DNA of 64,000 nucleotides from Trueperaceae bacterium. GTDB taxonomy: Bacteria > Deinococcota > Deinococci > Deinococcales > Trueperaceae. Each line of letters opens with the position of its first letter. The first letter of the stretch is position 1. The notes beneath the pieces were generated by a model, which was not told the DNA's origin, ran no database searches, and saw only the letters and a list, made by a program, of their open reading frames with translations. Where the stretch lies: the NCBI GenBank assembly GCA_965213705.1, contig OZ243913.1, forward strand, positions 3,424,001 to 3,488,000. The letters are read 5' to 3'. The position numbers and the translations under genes were made by a program. Below, piece by piece: positions 59,779 to 64,000 of this stretch.

Positions 59779-61602
59779 CTACTCGACCGTTACGCTTTTC
59801 GCTAGGTTCCGCGGCTGGTCGACGTCCAGCTGCAAACGGTTTGCGGTTTCGTACGCGAGAAGTTGCAGCGCGACTACGTTGACCAAGGGCGACACCAGTT
59901 CGTGCGTTTTGGGTGCCGTGATGACGTAGTCGGCGTGCTGCTTGATGGTCTCGTCGTCTGGGTTGGCTAGGGCGATGACGACGCCGTCGCGGGCTTTCAC
60001 CTCTTGAATGTTCGACACGGTCTTTTCGTAGAGCGCGGACGCGGTCGCGATGGTGACGACCGGCATGTCCGAGTCGATAAGGGCGATGGGGCCGTGCTTC
60101 ATTTCGCCGGTCGCGTAAGCTTCGGCGTGGATGTAGCTGATTTCTTTAAGTTTGAGCGCGCCCTCCAACGCAGTTGGAAAGTTGATGCCGCGGCCCAAGA
60201 AGAGGTAGTCGGCGCAGCCCTTGAAGTTTTCCGCGATTTCGGCGATGTGGTCACGTTGGTGGAGCGCTTCTTCGACCAGTCCCGGTGTGGCGCGCAGCGC
60301 GGCTATGATTTCGGCAGCGTGTTCGTCGGCGAGGGTGCCGCGCGCCCGGCCCAACCACACGGCGAGTAGTTCAAAAGCCGCGACCATCGCCATGTACGCC
60401 TTGGTGCTGGCGACGCCGATTTCCGGTCCGGCGTGAATGTAGAGCACGTCGTCGACCTCGCGGCTGATGGACGAGCCTTTGACGTTGAGAACCGCCAGGG
60501 TTTTCGCGCCCTGGCGCTTGGCCTCGCGCAGCGCTTCTAAGGTGTCGATGGTTTCGCCCGACTGCGACACGACGACGCAGAGCGTGCGCTCATTCAGGAC
60601 TGGGTTGCGGTAGCGGAACTCGCTCGCCACTTCGATTTCGACCGGCAAGCGGGCCAAGTTTTCGATCAAGTATTCGCCGACCGCCCCCGAGTAGTAGGCC
60701 GTGCCCGCCGCCGTGATGACAACGCGGTCGATGCTTAGGGGGTCGAGGCCCAAGTCAAGCTGTACGTCCGTACCGTTGCCCGCAAAGCGGCCCCCGAAGG
60801 TGTTCTGCAAAACGGTCGGCTGCTCGTAAATTTCTTTCAACATGTAGTGCGGGTAGCCGCCTTTTTCGGCCGCCTCGGCGTCCCAGTCGATGGTGCTCGT
60901 CTCGCGCGTGATGACGTTGCCGCCGAAGTCGCTCAAGCTCACGCCGTCTTTGGTGATGAGCGCCATGTCGCCGTCGTGGAGGAAAATCACCTCGCGCGTG
61001 TAAGGCAGCAGCGCGGGCACGTCGCTGGCGACGAAGTTTTCGCCAGAACCCAGCCCTATGACCATCGGGCTGGTGGCGCGCGCGGCAACGATGACGTCGT
61101 GGTCGGCGTGGGACACCACAAGCGCGTAAGCGCCGTGGACGTCTTTTAAGGCGTTGCGAACGGCCTCGACCAAGTCCCCTGCGTAGTAGTCCTCGATAAG
61201 GTGGACGATAACTTCGGTGTCGGTTTCCGAGACGAACGCGTGCCCGGCCGCTTGCAACCGCTCTTTGAGGTGCAGGTAGTTTTCGATGATGCCGTTGTGA
61301 ATCACGGCGAGCTTGTTGTCTTCGGACAAGTGCGGGTGCGCGTTGACGTCGTTCGGTTTGCCGTGTGTGGCCCACCTTGTGTGGCCCAAACCGAGCGTGC
61401 CGGTTAAAGGTTGCGTGACGAGCGCTTCTTTCAGCACGCTCAGCTTACCCGCGCGTTTCAAGACGCTCAAAGGTTGCGAGCTGTCCCGCGGCGAGATGAC
61501 CACACCCGCCGAGTCATAGCCGCGGTATTCCAACCGCGTCAACCCGTCGACAATCACGTCCGCCGCTTGCCTGTGACCTACATAACCTACGATTCCGCAC
61601 AT
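59779..61602 (-). CDS. glmS: Glutamine--fructose-6-phosphate transaminase
   Basis: MCGIVG, GHTRWATHG and PRNLAKSVTVE motifs. Confidence 0.98.
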   Translation of the reverse strand: MCGIVGYVGHRQAADVIVDGLTRLEYRGYDSAGVVISPRDSSQPLSVLKRAGKLSVLKEALVTQPLTGTLGLGHTRWATHGKPNDVNAHPHLSEDNKLAVIHNGIIENYLHLKERLQAAGHAFVSETDTEVIVHLIEDYYAGDLVEAVRNALKDVHGAYALVVSHADHDVIVAARATSPMVIGLGSGENFVASDVPALLPYTREVIFLHDGDMALITKDGVSLSDFGGNVITRETSTIDWDAEAAEKGGYPHYMLKEIYEQPTVLQNTFGGRFAGNGTDVQLDLGLDPLSIDRVVITAAGTAYYSGAVGEYLIENLARLPVEIEVASEFRYRNPVLNERTLCVVVSQSGETIDTLEALREAKRQGAKTLAVLNVKGSSISREVDDVLYIHAGPEIGVASTKAYMAMVAAFELLAVWLGRARGTLADEHAAEIIAALRATPGLVEEALHQRDHIAEIAENFKGCADYLFLGRGINFPTALEGALKLKEISYIHAEAYATGEMKHGPIALIDSDMPVVTIATASALYEKTVSNIQEVKARDGVVIALANPDDETIKQHADYVITAPKTHELVSPLVNVVALQLLAYETANRLQLDVDQPRNLAKSVTVE

Positions 61603-61689
61603 AACGACTCCTTCTCTGAACGTACCTACACACGATTCGGTGGCGCAGGCGAGACAGTCGGCCCAAAGTGCGGCCGTGACTCGCTCCTT

Positions 61690-61925
61690 CGCTCCCTGCG
61701 TGTGGACGTTCCCGGTTTTGGCTGATTAGTTTGAACGGTCTGTAAACCCAGACTGGCTCGAGTGAGGGGTTTGACTCAGGAGGGGCCCGCAGACTTGTGT
61801 GGGTGTCAAACCCACGCTCGCATTTTCGGTCTTTCGACCTATCCTCCCGGCACGTGAAGTGCGGGAGGCCCTCCGCCTCGTCACCTCGGCTTGATTCCCG
61901 GTCAAGCTGAGGGCTTGCGCTTCTC
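61690..61925 (-). ncRNA. glmS ribozyme (GlcN6P-activated); 3' boundary approximate
   Basis: A^GCGCAAG (predicted cleavage 61921/61920), P1 CCTCAGCTTGA/TCAAGCCGAGG, GACGAGG, TCGA and GCGG..CCTCC in the glmS leader. Confidence 0.85.
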
Positions 61926-61935
61926 GAGTTTTAGC

Positions 61936-62463
61936 TTACGACCCCCTGTTCCACGGCTCGCCGACGACAAAAAACGAATGAAGGCCGCTTTTGACCCCGC
62001 TCGGTTCGATGACGCCGTCACGCACCAAGAGCGGATACAGCAGAATATCACGTCCCAAGGAAACAAGCTGCGAATTTGTCACTGCGCCGCGCATGTTGAA
62101 GGGCACGCTCCGCGGCGGGTAGACGAGCTGGTTGTTGAGGTTGCGCTCGATAGGCAAAGAGGTCACCGTGACCAAGGTGAACAGTGCGCCCAACAAGAAC
62201 CCGCCCACGCCGCCCAGCACTACGCTGGGCAGCGCCGAGCCGCGGCGGCGCTGGATGAGCGCGCGCCCTGCAAAGCCCAACAGCAAACCCGCCGAGAGCG
62301 CGAACAACAACCCCACGCCCGCGTTGCGCGTAAACACGACCAACAGCAGCCGCAACAGCGCGACACCGCCCACCCCGACGAGCAGGCCGGTCATCTTGCG
62401 CTGCGCACCGACGGCGGTGAGGGCGGCTACCCATATTAAGAGTACGATGTCGAGCCAGGTCAT
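61936..62463 (-). CDS. Hypothetical membrane protein (CvpA-like)
   Basis: MTWLDIVLL start; four hydrophobic segments; overlaps the pheT stop. Confidence 0.65.
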   Translation of the reverse strand: MTWLDIVLLIWVAALTAVGAQRKMTGLLVGVGGVALLRLLLVVFTRNAGVGLLFALSAGLLLGFAGRALIQRRRGSALPSVVLGGVGGFLLGALFTLVTVTSLPIERNLNNQLVYPPRSVPFNMRGAVTNSQLVSLGRDILLYPLLVRDGVIEPSGVKSGLHSFFVVGEPWNRGS

Positions 62464-64000
62464 CTGTCCCTGACAGCGTAGCCCTTAGCGGTCAGGACGG
62501 TGATGACATTTGCCATATAAGCGTCGACCTCCGCGTCTCGCAGCGCGCGGTCCGGATGCCGGAACTGTAGGCGCAACGCGACGCTTTGCTTGTCCTCGGG
62601 CACGGGCGGCCCCCGGTACACGTCGAAGGGGGTGACGGTCTCGAGTCTTTCCCCCGCCGCCCCGACGACGAGGCTTTCAAGCTCGGCGTAGGCCGTTGCG
62701 CGCGGGGTGACGACCGCTAGGTCGCGCTCGGCGTGCGGTTGGCGCACGACGTCGCGAAATGCCAACTCGGCTCCGACCAGGGGCAGCCCGAGTTCCGCCA
62801 CATAAACCTCGCCCAAGTCGTAGCGGGCGGCAACTTCGGGGTGCAGGCGGCCCGCGCTGCCAACGTCGCGCCCGTCCCACACTACCGTCGCCGAGACGCC
62901 GGGGTGCAGGTGCGGGTGGTCAGCACTTTCCAGCTGCAACGTCACCCCGAGCGTGGCGGCGAGCTTGTCCAGCAGGCCCTTCAGCACGTAGAAGTCCGTC
63001 GGCTGACTCGGCAGCCAGCCGCCCTGCGCCCAGGGGCCGCGCAGCAACAGGCCCAAACGCTCCTGTTCCGCAGCCAAAAATACCCGCCCGACTTCAAACA
63101 GCGCCAGCGACTCGGCCGCGTGGTTGGTGACGGCGGCGTTCAGCAAACTCGGGTAAAGCGCCGTGCGCAGCACGCTCCGCTCGGCACCCTGCGGGTTGAC
63201 GAGTCGCACCTGCGCCCCGGGCGCGGCGGCGCGCGCCAGCTCGGCGTCGCTGCTGAACACGTAACTCATCGTCTCTTGCAGCCCCAACCCGGCTAAAAGC
63301 AGGCGCAACTTGCGGTGGGTCGCGTCGGTCTCACTCGGGACGAAGTGCATGGCGGGCACGGTCTCAAGGATGTGCTCGTAGCCGTACAGGCGCGCGACCT
63401 CTTCGACGAAGTCTTCTTCGATGGCTAAGTCGAAGCGCCAGCTCGGCGGGGTGACGCGCCAGTCGTCTGCGGCTGAAACCTCGACCGTGCATCCGAGGGC
63501 CTCCAGGTAACGCCGCTGTTCGTCCAGGGGTACCTGCAAGGTTGTGAGAAAGGCAACGCGAGAGGGCCGGAAAGCGGTGGCTGCGCGCTCTAAAACGTCA
63601 CCGACGACGGTGATTCCTGGACGAACCGTCCCCCCACCCAGCTCGGCGATGAGGTGGGCGGCTCGAGCCGAGGCCGTGGGCGGCAAGTTCGGGTCGACAC
63701 CCCGCTCGAAGCGGGTGTGGGCGTCGGTTGAGAGGCCGTGGCGCTTCGCCGTCTTGCGCACCCCGACCGGTTCGAAGTGCGCGGCTTCCAGGGCGACGTT
63801 CGTCGTGTCCGCGCTGACGCTGTCGTGCAGCCCGCCCATCACCCCGGCCAGACCGATGGGTTTGGTAGCGCCTGCCGACGTCGCGCCGTCCGGAGTCGCG
63901 ATGACGAGGTCGTCTTCGCTCAGGTCGACGGTTTCTTCGTTCAAAAGCTCGAGCCTCTCCCCCGCTCGGGCCCGCCGCACCACAACCTTGTTCTCGTGTA
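62460..64000 (-). CDS. pheT: Phenylalanine--tRNA ligase beta subunit, 5' end outside window
   Basis: GLAGVMGG, RFERGVD, PSWRFD, EEVARLYGY and the FDVYRG anticodon-binding domain. Confidence 0.97.
   Translation of the reverse strand, partial: HENKVVVRRARAGERLELLNEETVDLSEDDLVIATPDGATSAGATKPIGLAGVMGGLHDSVSADTTNVALEAAHFEPVGVRKTAKRHGLSTDAHTRFERGVDPNLPPTASARAAHLIAELGGGTVRPGITVVGDVLERAATAFRPSRVAFLTTLQVPLDEQRRYLEALGCTVEVSAADDWRVTPPSWRFDLAIEEDFVEEVARLYGYEHILETVPAMHFVPSETDATHRKLRLLLAGLGLQETMSYVFSSDAELARAAAPGAQVRLVNPQGAERSVLRTALYPSLLNAAVTNHAAESLALFEVGRVFLAAEQERLGLLLRGPWAQGGWLPSQPTDFYVLKGLLDKLAATLGVTLQLESADHPHLHPGVSATVVWDGRDVGSAGRLHPEVAARYDLGEVYVAELGLPLVGAELAFRDVVRQPHAERDLAVVTPRATAYAELESLVVGAAGERLETVTPFDVYRGPPVPEDKQSVALRLQFRHPDRALRDAEVDAYMANVITVLTAKGYAVRDR

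Noticed and set aside
313..63296. Numerous antisense and alternate-frame ORFs in the track
   Set aside because: Shadow ORFs of GC-rich genes with no recognisable motifs
1..64000. tRNA, rRNA or prophage genes
   Set aside because: None recognised by eye; no phage structural genes seen

Overview
This is GC-rich bacterial chromosome, probably Deinococcota (Truepera-like). That assignment is inferred from the pheT-hypothetical-glmS gene order, non-lipoprotein solute-binding proteins, leaderless TAnnnT-N5/6-ATG starts and strong CTCGAG enrichment. There are four zones. (1) 1-5.3 kb: end of a peptide ABC transporter, an IS3 remnant and lysE. (2) 5.4-24.2 kb: a ~19 kb amino-sugar catabolic locus that reads as a complete pathway for alpha-1,4-poly-galactosamine polymers (Pel or galactosaminogalactan type). 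It encodes a secreted GH114/GH166-type hydrolase, GH4, an amidohydrolase, an AgaS-like SIS protein, two PfkB kinases, a class II aldolase, a DeoR regulator, two sugar ABC sets and an MFS transporter. (3) 24.3-51.5 kb: a heavily decayed accessory region with IS5, IS1182, IS3 and IS701 relics and many gene fragments. It ends in a translationally coupled six-gene defence operon: GmrSD-like, SNF2 helicase, a 60-aa protein, a Rad50-like ATPase with a HEPN-like tail (IS-interrupted), type III Mod, and type III Res (one amber stop). (4) 51.5-64 kb: an intact-looking tnsABCDE Tn7-like core whose end has four TnsB sites and lies just downstream of glmS, then glmS with an insertion-bearing glmS ribozyme, a membrane protein and pheT. 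I could not find the other Tn7 end. All calls come from reading motifs by eye; no database searches were run.
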